Assembly (NCBI GenBank): GCA_010909165.1 | Contig: MU008183.1 | Location: 868,001 to 932,000, forward strand | Length of the DNA: 64,000 nucleotides | Origin: Anthoceros angustus | Taxonomy: Eukaryota; Plantae; Anthocerotophyta | Direction: 5' to 3' | In this document: positions 47,812 to 59,824 of the stretch, in pieces | Layout of the letters: every line of letters begins with the position of its first letter | Position numbering within the stretch: position 1 is the stretch's first letter | Position numbers and translations under genes: made by a program | Notes under the pieces: model-generated | Database searches by the model: none | What the model was told of the DNA's origin: nothing | Seen by the model: only the letters and a program-made list of their open reading frames with translations

Positions 47812-50089
47812 CTGCAAAAACATAAAGATTAGAGTGATCCGAAAAGAGAAACAAAATGGAAGGTAAACGTGGAGGATCAATGGGCCACAAACACTTAATA
47901 CTCACATGATGTTTGCCACTTCCAAATGGTAACCTGCTGGAATGTCTACCAGTTGATTATAAATCAAACTAAGAAAAGCAAAGGGCTGTGGGAAATGGGA
48001 CAAAAAACACTCCTTGACCCCATGCATTGTTTCATTCTTACATTCTCCCCGCTTCATGTTAGAAAGAACAGATACTTCCATTCTTAACAAACCACAAGCT
48101 TCCTGAAAAAAAAGAAAGGCCTCCCCGGCAAGTGAGAAAGAAATGAAGGCTTAAAAAAAGTACACTACCCCAGAACAAGAACTGAAGCTAAAAAGAAACA
48201 GCAAAACAGACAAATAACCTCTTCCCAGACCAAATGAATTGATCTAGGCCTTTAAAACTTGACCTTACAGCACCTGCGTCAAGAAACAAGAATAGTATCA
48301 TATCAGAAACAACTAATCAAACTGAAACAAGCAGATATTGCACTAAAAAACACATTAGCTGGGTCACTGCAAGGACAACTGACATAAAGTACCTTAGGGT
48401 TGGCGCTTTCAAAACACAACAGTGGGCCTGAAAAGAAATATGTTAGCAAATGATAACCAACACACTTCTTGCTTTAAACGATAAACAAACAATACACTAA
48501 AGTTTACAATATGCAATGAAACATACACTTCACTAAGTCACAATAAAACACACCTTAAGAAAACAAATGGAGCCTTGAAAGCGGTCAAAACAAATCGAGC
48601 GAGAAACAAAGGTCGGTTTTGAAACAATGCCTAACATATTTAGCCTGATAACAACAAAACGACAACACAAAAAAACACAAATGTCAGACAGAGTACAACA
48701 CAACTTACACTTGAAACGGACTAGCAAGTCGGTCAAAAATTTGTCACGTTCACCAGCATGTGATCTCGAAAGAATACGATACCACTCACACTACTGTCTG
48801 AGAAAACAAATTAACATCAGTTAGACGGCAAACTTCAACATGAAAACACTGAAAGGAAAACCTTTACTCTTATACTGAAACAACAACTAGAACTGAAACT
48901 GCACAACAACCAAACGAGTAGACCTTTAAAATTAGGCATCCGACTTCAACGGACACAAAACGACATCGTAGGTGACAAAAACACTTACAACAATCAAAAC
49001 CATGATAGAATGCCGATTACCAACCCAATCCATGTACGTGATTTGCGAGATAATTTGACCATGAGCGCCTAATATCCCTTAGAGACACATGTCGATTAAC
49101 AACATAGAAAACAACTAAGTCTTAAAAAGTAATCCGTGGCGGCGGTGAAAACAACGATCGACATAAGATTAAAGCACAAACACATAGACAAATGATTACC
49201 AAACTAGGAGCATTACAAAACACATCATTAGCGACGAGCAAAACAAAGGACCAAAACCATTCAACACAACGAAAAAGTGTGTTAAGAACCACGGGTAGAC
49301 AACCACAATACACAAAGCATCGCTAAGCACTTTCGGATGAAGGACAAAATGCTATTGAAATGTTCGACGGACTTTTTTCGCTTACAAAGCAAGTTGCAAA
49401 CAACAAATTATCTTTCAAAGCAACGACAACAAGGATAAGACATCCACAGTGATCGTGACGAGCCAAATAAACAAAGCGAGTGACCAAAACACAAGTGAAC
49501 CACGGACACACCGAGGTAAAGACAAGCGAGAAGCAAACACTTAACAAGTTGTTAGCCAACGAGAAATCGCAGAGCGGTCAAAGCGGAATGAGCTAAAATC
49601 ACAACAACAAAGTCAAGCGCGCTAAGCAGAATGATCGACTACCAAAAGACAAAGGCGGAGTAGAGACAAGAAACTAGGTGATCTATAGAAGAAGCGCTAG
49701 GCAGCGAACTGCGAGAAGCAAAACAACCTTGATCTAATTTCGCCTTGGCCTTGTGCGAACACCACGTCGGTTCGGACGCGTTTGAAACCAGAACACCATG
49801 GCTTTGACCACAAACCCTTGGCCTTGCGATGGAGCATTGAGCGAAAATACCAAGCATGGCCATCGAAGCAGGAAGAAAAGACCTCGGCCTTGAAAAACGT
49901 TGGAGGTCTTAACCTAAAGCAAAATGAACCTTGGCCTACGAAAGCAACACAAGGCCACTCCATCCAAACACGCGCAAAAGCCGAACGTGAGCGACCCACG
50001 CCTTAGAAGCGGCGGCAAGACCTGACCACAAGACGGATCAAAACTTGACGCCGGAGCGAGCACCTTAAACTTCAAAAGCCAACATGCTC

Positions 50090-53000
50090 CTTGTCGACTT
50101 TGTTGGTGGCGGTAGCGCACAATCCGATGTCGTTGTAGGAAGAAGTGGTTCCCAAGAGATGATAGGCTCCGTTTACGTTTGGTGATTCCTACCGCACTTG
50201 CGCTCGTTCGACCTCAACACACACTCTAACTACTAGCGTTCACTCGGGCCGGTATGGCCAAGCGTTTGAGACCCGTTCGCGTCCGTATCGTTCACATCCG
50301 TCACACTCCGGTCCTTTCCTCTCTCCCCTCACGCTACACTCCTCGGTCTTAGAAAAGGCGCGCGGGTTACGTCGGACCTCCTCCGTCGTTCAGCGGGCCT
50401 CTCGTCCGGCTCTGCCGCCCTCCGGAGTTCCTCCGGCTCCACGTTCGGTCCGTTCGGTCTTGGGCGCTCTCGGGCGAGCACGGGTCACCGATCACCCTTC
50501 CTGCACACACCACAACACGTTAGGGTCACGGGACCACGATCAATCTCCCGTGCACCTTTCGGTGACTCGGGACTCACGTTAGCAGAAGACACACAAAGGT
50601 GCAGAGCGGCATCAACACCAAGAAAGATGATTTATTGAGCGGCCTTAGCCCTCTTATACTACGCCGAAGGTCGGTGCCTTTATTACACCTCTATTACGAG
50701 GCGGGGCCGGCTCGGTGCCTAACCGCCTACCACCGCCTATTCACTATCTCGCCGTCGGTGGTGGGGTGGGATAGCCCCTGATTCCTTCTTGGCACGGCCC
50801 AAAGCGAGCCACAGCCGGTGGCGCACCCAATCGGATGATCCGCGAGGCGGACCCTTCCTCTTCAGGGTGCAGCCGGGCTGCGCCGGCGGCGACAGCGATC
50901 ACCAAGTCTTCCTCGTCCTCCTCTCTTCTCTCGGGCCCTGCGATGGGCCCTCAAGGGATCTGGGGTTGGTGGTGTGGCTCTCCCCACTCCCGAGTTTGGA
51001 CCTCGGGACCTGTCTCGACTCGGGTCCGGACCTCTAGGTCAGTCTTCCCTGGTCCGGTCTCCTGGCGGCCTTCTTTAGTCCGGTCCTCGGGGCCGGGCGG
51101 CCTCACAGGTCCTCTTGGACCCAACCCTTCACAGGGTCCGGACCTCGGGTCGGACTCGTCACTAAGTCTGGATCCCTAAGTCGGACTTCCTTGAGGCGGA
51201 CCTCGGGATCGGCCTTTTCCTCGAGTCAGGACAAAGTCCAGGACCTCGCTCTGGGCATGCCTCCTCGCTGGTCAGGGTTCATCCTTGAGCCCTCCCTTGG
51301 TTCCCGAATGCCCGGTTGCACCTTTCCCTTCCTCTCAAGATCCTCCCTCGTCCTTCCATGCGAGGGTCTTGAGTCTTACCTCGGTGTGGCGCCCTTCCTC
51401 CTCCGGTTCCTCCTGCTCTCCCCGCTGCTGCTGCCGTCGTCAAGCAGCGCTCCTAGGACTCCGCGGTTGTCTTGTCCCAGTCCTCCTCGCTCCTCCTTCC
51501 ATCCCTTGAGTCCACCTCTGCCTGGGGTGGCGCGGGACCTCCAGGCCTTGAGGAGCTCTGCGTGGTAGTAGCGGTCGGAATCGACTTCTTTGAATCGCCT
51601 CCTCCCATGAGCCGGGCACCGTACTCCCTCCTCAGGTGCTCGTGGCCAGGCGGATCGCCCACTTTCTTCTCTCCGTGAGCTTACGGTGAGGCGGACTCCC
51701 TTGAGGCCGTCAAGGCTGCCTCAGTTACCTCTTGCAACCTTCACTCGGCGTTCTCCTCCTCCGTCGTTGTTGACTCACTTGATTTGCCATGGGTGAGCTC
51801 CTTCTGGCCGGACGACGGTGTACCTTTTCCTCCAGTGCCTTCCTCCCCGTCTATTCTTTCCGGAGGTCCTCCACTTCCTTCTCGCGGGCGGTATCCCGTC
51901 AGGCTCACGGCCGCCACGTCCTGCTGCAACCTTGCGGCGTCGAACTCCTTGCAGCCTGTTCTCCTCCGTCTTCAAGAGCGGGAGGCGTTCCACCTCTCGC
52001 TCGAAGTCTTGGATTCTCTGTTGAGAACCCCTGCTGCTCCGTGCATCTTGGGTTGCAACTCCAAGGTGTCCTTGTTGTCCTCCGACTCCTGCCGCCCCTT
52101 CTACCTCCTGCGGTGAGGTCCCCAATCTCCCGGGTGCTGGCCTCCGCCTCCTCACTCGGCCGAGTACTTGCTCCACTTGCTCGGCCTTGATTGGCGGCTC
52201 TCTCGGCCGCCTCCTCCACCGGTTCGATCCGCCGATAGTGATCGCGATCGGCCGCCGTGGCCTCCGCCTCCTTGGCCACCTTCACTGAGCCTCTCGGCTT
52301 GGCTCTCGGTCCTCTGCCTCGCGAGATCCGCGCCCGTTCACTTGCGGGCGTCCTCGCTCTCTGCGCTCGCCCCTCACTGCGGAGGTCCTCCGCCCGCGCT
52401 TGGGCCTCCTTGGCACCGCCATTGTTCCTCGGTGAAGGAATTTAGTCCGGTCCTTGCGGATGGACGACCTCCCTCTCTCGCCTCCGGCGTTTTCCTTCCT
52501 CAATCTGCCGAGCTTGCCTTCCTTTTCGCCTCTGGGCTCCTCAGCGCTCACGGAGGAGCACCATGCGCCTCGGGTGGCTTCCACCTCCTGGGCCTTCTCG
52601 GCCATCCACGAGACCCCAGGCATACGTCCATGGCCAGTAGCGGACCCGTGTTTCCTCCACGGCTCTGAGGCTCCCACAAAGTCCGTGCGGGCGGCATCTC
52701 TCCGGTCGTCAGGACCTCCATACCAGATCCGAGCAAGTCGGTGGTTCTCGGACAATCGGGACCCTTAGGTCACAGTCTTGGCTCGGAGCTTCCCCTCCTT
52801 GGCCCTTTTGGCGCAGCTCCTTCTCCGCCCTTTTCCTCACAGGGCTCGGCGGAGGTGATGGAGTCAGGAGCACGCCTTGCCCCTTCACAGCCGGCGGCAG
52901 GCCGGCTGGATCTGGCTGCTGCCGGTGTCCTCCACTCACAGGCGTCCTTTACGCCCTCCTTCGCTTCCTCACTTCTTGCCACTCGTCGGCGGGGAAGAGT

Positions 53001-54480
53001 GCCGGTGCAGCGTTGGTAGCCGTGGTCTTGCGTCTCTTGGCTCTCTCACAGTGGGCTCCTCGGTAGGAGTGATGATGGCCAGTGGCGGGCTGGGGCACTT
53101 CTGTGGGTTGCAGTTGGGGCACGGAAGGAGGAGGCGGGTGCTTCCATACTTCCACAGGTGGTGAGGGGTCCGTTCGGTATGGTCAGAATCCTCGATCGTC
53201 CTCCTCCGAGTCCGTTTGGCGACGGCCTCCCTCTCGGCGCCCTTGCCTCCACTTGGCGGGCCTCGGTCCTTTCCGGGCGCTCGCTCAAGCTCTCCTTCCT
53301 TGAGGAGTTGAAATGCCCCCATACATGGATCGGTATGGGGCGGCCAGATGGCGAGGCTTCGGTCTGAGCTTGCGAGCCTTCACAGCTAAGCCGAAGATAA
53401 TCCTTCCCCGTCAGCCCTCTTCCCCCGGCTGCGTGCGGGAACACCAATAGATTATCACCAAGGTGATCCACCTTGGTGAGTAGGTTCGATGGACAATGAT
53501 CCGGGCCACACTCGGCCATCCCAGGTCGGATATCGACCGTTGGTGGTCGTTGCGTCGAGCCTTAACGCCACTGGTGGACCTATCTTCCCCTTCGCCTTGA
53601 GGGGCTCACTCCCCTCTTCCTCCTTGGGCGGTTGTAGGCGCCGGGACCTCAAGGTCCATCGCCTTGGGTCCTCCGGAGGTTCTTGGACCGCACCTCCTTG
53701 TTGAGCCGACATCTTCGCAAACTCCGGACGGTGACCTCAAATGTCGACCATCGGAACACATCCAAATGCCACTCCTGCACCAATTCTCCGCTTCCTGGGC
53801 AGGCCCAAAGTCCGGATAGCGGGTCACAATGTTGCGCTCCACAAGGTTCCATGGCTCCCAAACTTCCGGGCTTTTGGGTGCCATCGCCTTCTCCTCCTTG
53901 GTTCTGTGGCAGCTTGGGAGGCTGCACGTTGCGCCTTCTTGCCGCGCGTTCTTGCTCCGACCTCAGCGGTGAGCCGCGCGCGTCCGAGTGTCCCGAGATA
54001 CCGCGAGGCGGTGCGGGCGCGAGATCGCGAGTGTCTCGGGTGCGGACCTTCTTCCGCGACCACGCCCGGGAATGGGCGGGCGCCTCTTCCACAGTCCGTA
54101 GCGCGGTGCATGGCTTTCTGGCCCCTCTGCTGCGGCCTTACGCGCGTGCCTGCAGCCCCTCGTGCGCGGGCGTGAATACTGCTATAACGGCCTCTGGCAG
54201 GTTCGGTCTGACCTGCATGCCGTCCTCCACTCGAGTCGTCACGTGGCGTCGCCCGGTCAGTCTACGGTCCAACTTCTAAGTTACTTTCCTGGCGTACTTA
54301 TCACGCTGGTCACAGGTGGGTCGGACTTGCGTCGCACCGTAGGTCTAAATGCGTTCCTCACTCCGGTCGGAGTATACTCAGTCGTCCGAGTGCTAATCTT
54401 ATTTCCCGCCTCATTTTATCCTTCGCTCACAAAAAACAAAACCCTACCTAATTTCTAACCCCCGAAGTCCGTAGTCCACA
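50090..54480 (-). repeat. G2 3' LTR, about 4.4 kb
   Basis: Starts TGTGGACTAC right after PPT gagaagggagta (54481-54492), about 30 bp after the integrase end. Colinear with 59825-64000. Termini TGTGG...CCACA (the CCACA end is seen on the 5' LTR). TATA-like site at 50653 and AATAAA at 50631-50636. The left end is approximate. Confidence 0.8.
50790..54220 (-). pseudogene. Long coiled-coil ORF inside the G2 3' LTR (frameshifted in this sequence)
   Basis: Fragments WEPWNLVERNIVTRYPDFG, NLLTKVDHLGDNLLVFPHA and GMPGVSWMAEKAQEVEATR are also present in the 5' LTR copy. Confidence 0.65.
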
Positions 54481-54514
54481 TACTCCCTTCTCACTGTTGG
54501 CGTCTCGCCAACAC

Positions 54515-57500
54515 TAAGTACTTTTCACCATCCGTTCACCCGAGTGGGCGGCATTCACCATCGCGGTGAGCGGACCCATTGGGGTATACTGCGACTTGGT
54601 AAGGTCCATCGTAGGTGGAGTTTACAGGAAGTGCATATGTCGGTGTAAAGGAGGCGGATCTCCCTCCTTCACATACTCCCGATTCAAGGCGCCTATCATG
54701 CCCGCTTGCGTTGATTACATACCGATTGCATTGTATTGCGCCTCTTCCGGTCCTCCGTATCTTGTACAAACCCTAGCAACCGCTCCGGTTGGCTCTCTTC
54801 ATCCGTTAAGCGCCTTTCCATCATGACCGGTGTTGGCACCTCAAACTCGACCGGCATAGTGAGTGCCCATAGGTCGATAATACGGAGTTCGTTGCGTGGT
54901 TACCTTCTGCGTTACGAGCGCCCATAGCGATGGCGGCTTTGTATCGATCGTGCGCATAGTTAACCGTCTTATTGAGGATCGGCGAGATAAGTCCATTGGT
55001 CTTCCGTCGGTCCGTTGGCCTTGGATTGTAGGGGCGTTTCGATGTGTGATGCGAAATAGTCCGTCATTGCGTTATCACATCATTGAGGAAATGGGTTCCC
55101 CTATCGCTTACCAGCTGCAACGGACACCCATACCTTGTGATGATGTTTTCGTAGAGGAATTTGGCCACCGTGCTCATGAGTCCGTTCGTAGCGACCGCTT
55201 CAACCCACAGTGCGGTGGTCGTTGCCACCAAGATGTACCGCTTGTGTGCACAGTGGGTGGTATATGGGTCCAAGTCGATGCCCCATTTCTCAAAAGGCGC
55301 TAGTGCTAGTATGGGCACTAACGGCCATTGAGTTGTGGCGTCGGCTTCCGATCCGGTGACAAGCATCACACTTCTTCACAATTGGTGTGTTTCCCCATAC
55401 ATGGTGGGCCACGTACCCGACCTCAAGATTTTCTTGGTGGTGACTGTTGCATAATGTCCACCACCTAGTCCTTATGCATCCCCTTTATTACCACCTCCGT
55501 TTCACTTTGTTGGAGGTACCTTCGTTCCACCTTAAAGATGCACCGTTACTGTAGGAAAGGCGTAGTGCACTGCCGATTCGATTCGTTGGTAGCTCCATCT
55601 CCCATAGGTACCGTTCCAACTCGCGTAAGAGGCCGCCCTGCGTCCGCTCCCCGCCACGTGGGTCCATGTCCACCGGCTTGGGTTTGTCGGTGCTCCTCTA
55701 CCTCCTCCTCTATCGCGCCACCAATTCCTCATCCAGGCGTCCTCTTGATCCTGCGGGCTCCGTCTTTAATCTGGATAAGAAGTGTGGTGTTGCCGTCCTT
55801 GCCTAGTCTCCACCTCAAATGTGAACTCCTGTAGCAGAATCCACCTCGCAATTAGTCAGGACAAGTCACCTTGTGTTCACCAAATGGAGCAGTGATCAAC
55901 ATAGAACACAAACTCATTGGGCGGAAGGTAGTGTCGAATTTCTTAAGCGTATACCATACCCAATGCCTCGCTCCGTAGTAGTGTACCTCCGTTCCGCGTC
56001 GTGAGCTGTCTTCCGTAGTAGATTGGGTGATCCCTCCGTTTATCATCTTTTGTGAGCACTACCGATGGCGGTGACACATCCGTACATGGAATCGCTTCCC
56101 CGGTCCGGTCCTTTGAGTCTTTGGGGCGCGGTGGTGCGAGGTCTCTGAATGCCGCCTCCCTTTTGGCGTCGGTCCATTCCTCCTCCTTCTGAGTAGCTCA
56201 GTTGGCACAGGCCCTCTTTGCAAAATCTTGTAAACGCCTATAGTAACCTACCATGCCCAATCCCGTAACTCCTTCAAGTTCGTTGGTGGCTGCTGGATGA
56301 CTTTCACCTTGTCTTGGTCCACCTCTATCCCTCTTACCGACACTCGGTGCCCCAACAAGATTCCTCTCATCATGCAGTAGCACTTCTCGGGATGCGAGGC
56401 GTTGAGTCTCCTACATCGTTCCAAACACTTCCAAATGTCCACGTGTTTGTCCTCCTCTCGTGCACCACAGTCAGAACACCTCCATGAAGTCCCTCGGAAT
56501 TCCGGAAGACATTGGTCACCATCCGCATAAATGATCCGGGTGCTCTGTCATCCGGCACTCCGTTTGTAGGCAAGCGTCCCACTCCGTGGTGAATGTTGTC
56601 TTATCGGTCAGACTCCCTTAGGTGTGGTTGTAGCGAATGGCCGTCAAGAAGGAGTAGGTACTCGACGCCACCTTGTCGATATGTCGTCCACAAAGGGCAT
56701 GGGAAATGGTCCTTTTAGTGGCGGCGTTAAGCTTTCTCCGATCTGTGGGACCCGAATCTTCTGCTTCTTGACGACCACAATGGGCCACCCACTCCTTGTT
56801 CACGATTGGGAAGATGATGTCGCTTCCGGATACTTATCCGGGACTTCCTTGACCTTGGCGAGTGCTTGGGATTGATTTATCTTGCCTAATCAGGCACCGC
56901 TCACGGCAGATCTATCCGGTGTTCGCCTTTGTTTGGCCTTTCATATCCGTGACCTTGAAAGCAAACACCTGAATTCCCCAACAAGTGTGAGGTCTCGTTT
57001 AACCCTCGGCATGCCCTTGCGAATTTGAGGAATTTCCACAGGCGAACCTCCACGTCTTCCACATCGTCGGGTTGGCCGTCTCTCTTTCTCTTCTTCTCGT
57101 CCAAGCCTCATCCTCCATCCGGGTTCATCTTCACGCATTCCCCACTCGAAAGAGCTGTGAGCAGGTTACTTCTCGATTTCTACCTCGTCCTCTGGACCCT
57201 CCTCTTGATTGCCTTCCCCGGCTCTTGTTCGCCGAGTCCACCCTAAAACAATCGATGACCTCCTCGTCCACCTCCTCCAAAGGCGTCCCTCCGGTAATCC
57301 ATCTCCTCCTCGACCACGTGATTTTGGGAAAGGGTAGTCCTCATTCGTATCCTCGCGTTCGTCCCCTTGTCTTGAGGTGTACCCTACGTGTGTGTGGTTC
57401 TCCAGATGTGTGTCCTTACTCCAGTGTCGCTACCGTCCTTCCCTCACCTTGGATCCCAGTCCCAGCTTGAAGTGTATTTCCTTCCGTCCAGTGTAGTTTT

Positions 57501-59805
57501 GTCGGCGAGGCCCGGCCCGCTAGCGGACCTCATACCCGGTCCGGGTGATGACAAAATCTAATGTATAGGGGCTCCGCTATGGTGGCTTGGACTCGGACAA
57601 CTCCCTATGGCGCTCGCGACATGTCCGCCATCACGAGGGTTTTGGTGGATGGCTCGAAGGTGGTGAACACCCGTCTTGCGGTGGCCTCGGTGATGAGGTT
57701 CACTCGACCCGTGTCTAGAGGCACGTTTTAATTACACCCGCAATTTCCACCTGCTGCTGGCGAGTCCGTATGAGATCGACCTCCACGTTCTTGCCCTTAG
57801 GACCAAGGAGTTCCTCGTGGTTGCGTTTCCTGATGGCCTTGGGACTTCACAGCCGATACCGGGTTGTCTTTCTTTAACAAGCGCCTAAGGGACACCAAGT
57901 GTTGTTGGTCCATCATCAAGTCGGCCACCTTGAAAGGGCGGGTGGTTCTCTGTGCGTCCGTTCGCCTTGTCTCCTCCGCGTTTGGCTCTTGCGTGTGGTG
58001 GCGGACTACTGGGTCGTCGGAGTTCTTCTTGAAGCATCTCGGTCTTCGAACCACATCCGGTGGAAGCTGCGGGCGTTGTGGGTGAGTCGCTTCTCCGGAG
58101 ACTCCGGTGGCTTTGGGGGTTTCTTCTCTGGCGGCTGCCGGTTTAACTTCGTCCTCTTTGGCGGGTTCGGCTTCCTTCAGCGGTGTTCCGTCCTCCGTGT
58201 CAGTGGGACTATCCTCATTTTCTTCCTCTTGCTGTCTCCGTTCCTTCGCTCCTTTGACTCGGGTTGACACTTCCGGTACCTCGGTCCGCCTTCTTCTCCT
58301 TGGCGAACTTGCCCGTACCACCTCGTTCGAGCTCCCTCGGTGCCTCCTCCTCCGCCCAGGTCGTCTTCAATTTGTACAGTAGCCTTAGGGAGGGCGTGGT
58401 GGTCTTGGCTCCCCGGGGGTTGCGTGGCGTACCGTCCGAGGATTCGGACCGAGTCTGGCATCCCGCACCTTTACAATCTCCACACGGCGTTCAAAGTCTC
58501 CGTTGTATGCGGTGGGGTATGGACAGGCGTTGGAGTAGTGTCGGGGTTCCCAGTTCCAACGGACCACCGCCGCCAGAATTCTGGAGGGGCTCCCATGCGG
58601 TCTTGCGCCGGAGGTCGATGCAGACGGACCAGCTGTGGGGTACATCGTCACAGGATCGTGGTCCCGGTGCTTCTTGCACTTGGTATGCATCCTCCCTTTG
58701 TTCCTCGGACTCTTCCCGTAGTCGTACTCCACACGGTTCAGTGCGGAGGCGGTTGGCCTTGAATGCCCATGTTGGTGACGCACACCACAAATGAGTCGGA
58801 CCGTGGTGGCCGCCTTCGCGTTCTTTATCCTTCACGGTTGATCGTCAACTCCTCCACCTCTTCATTACCCGTTCTAGATCTTCCCTCGGCCCGCTACTTC
58901 CTTCAAAGGAGGCTGGGTCGGGGGACCTCCTCTGCATGCGGGCATCATGACCTCCTTCTTTTCCACCCTCTGACTACGGGCTTCTTCTTCTTTATTTTAG
59001 TGGGGTTCTTCTTCTTCCATGACCTCCTGATTCTTCTTGAGTCCTCTTCCTCTTCCTCCGTGACCTCGGTCTCATCATCCTCCTTCAGGGTTCTTCATCT
59101 TGATCAGGCCCGTTTCTTCTTTTCTTCTTTCCTCCTGGAGGAGTCCTCGGCCGTCGTTGGTGCATCGATTCTTCATAGTTCTCCGCCGCCCGGACCCTTG
59201 CTCACATCTTTCTGCGGCGTGCTTAGCCATTGGCTTGGATAAGCCCATGCGAACCAACGTCACTTTGCATGGTAGTGTGGTGGGTGCGGTCCGCGTAGAA
59301 CCGTTCGATGTCGATCCCAACTTCTCCGTCTTTCCTCGCTTGTTCTCGAGTTTGGACAAGCGTAGCCTTCTTGATCGATTCGCGGAATCTTTCTAAGAAG
59401 GCATCCTTCAATCTTGAAGGTTGCGGTGCGTTACGGTCGGTATTTCCTCGATACCAGCCTGTACCCGGGACCCCTTGGAGCAATTTGATGTGCATCCAAC
59501 CTTCTCCGTTGAAGTTTGCGACGAAATCCTCCACGAAGGTTTCGTCTCTCTCCTTCTTACCTCCAAAGAGAATCGCTTGCTTGGTCGGCGTTGCCATCGT
59601 CGCGATTAGGGTGAGAACCCCCCCCACCACGCTGACTTGCTTCGTCCTCCTCTCGATCAACAACTCCACCACACACTGTTGGTGTGTCCTCGCCTCGAGC
59701 TCGTCGTCTCTCACGTGCTGCGCTCGGGCGCTCGGCGATCTGGCGTCCGACTCTCTTAATTCTTCCTTAACTACCTCCGTCCTCACGCATCCGCTTACGG
59801 GCGAT
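54515..59805 (-). pseudogene. G2 gag-pol (frameshifted in this sequence)
   Basis: gag ILFGGKKERDETFVEDF...LKDAFLERF, degenerate CCHC knuckles, protease PLDTG..VNLITE, RT and RNase H fragments, integrase PLVPILALAPFEKWGID...VAKFLYENIITRYGCPLQLVSDRGTHFLN and a GPY/F tail. Confidence 0.9.
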
Positions 59806-59821
59806 TTCATTCCCGGCGCCA
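59805..59821 (-). promoter_or_regulatory. G2 primer-binding site (shortened tRNA-Asp type)
   Basis: Minus strand reads ...gcgccaca ttt tggcgccgggaatgaaa, matching the G1 site tggcaccgttgccggggaatgaaa with about 6-7 nt missing. Confidence 0.75.
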
Positions 59822-59824
59822 AAA

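Larger units (their letters stand above)
40190..50090 (-). mobile_element. Probable DNA transposon (CACTA-like) carrying a multi-exon gene; cut at its upstream end by Gypsy G2
   Basis: Repeated short motifs at both extremities (GTAAAAT/GTAGAAAA and a 22-bp direct repeat at 40229/40279; CCTTGGCCTT-like 10-mer four times at 49743-49938). cactagagtagaaaac at 40311 resembles a CACTA terminus. T-rich intron-like minus strand. No transposase motif recognised. Confidence 0.4.

Noticed and set aside
49697-49999. 100-aa minus-strand ORF as a transposase fragment
   Set aside because: No catalytic motif. The stretch is built around repeated AAGGCCAAGG-like motifs and looks non-coding.
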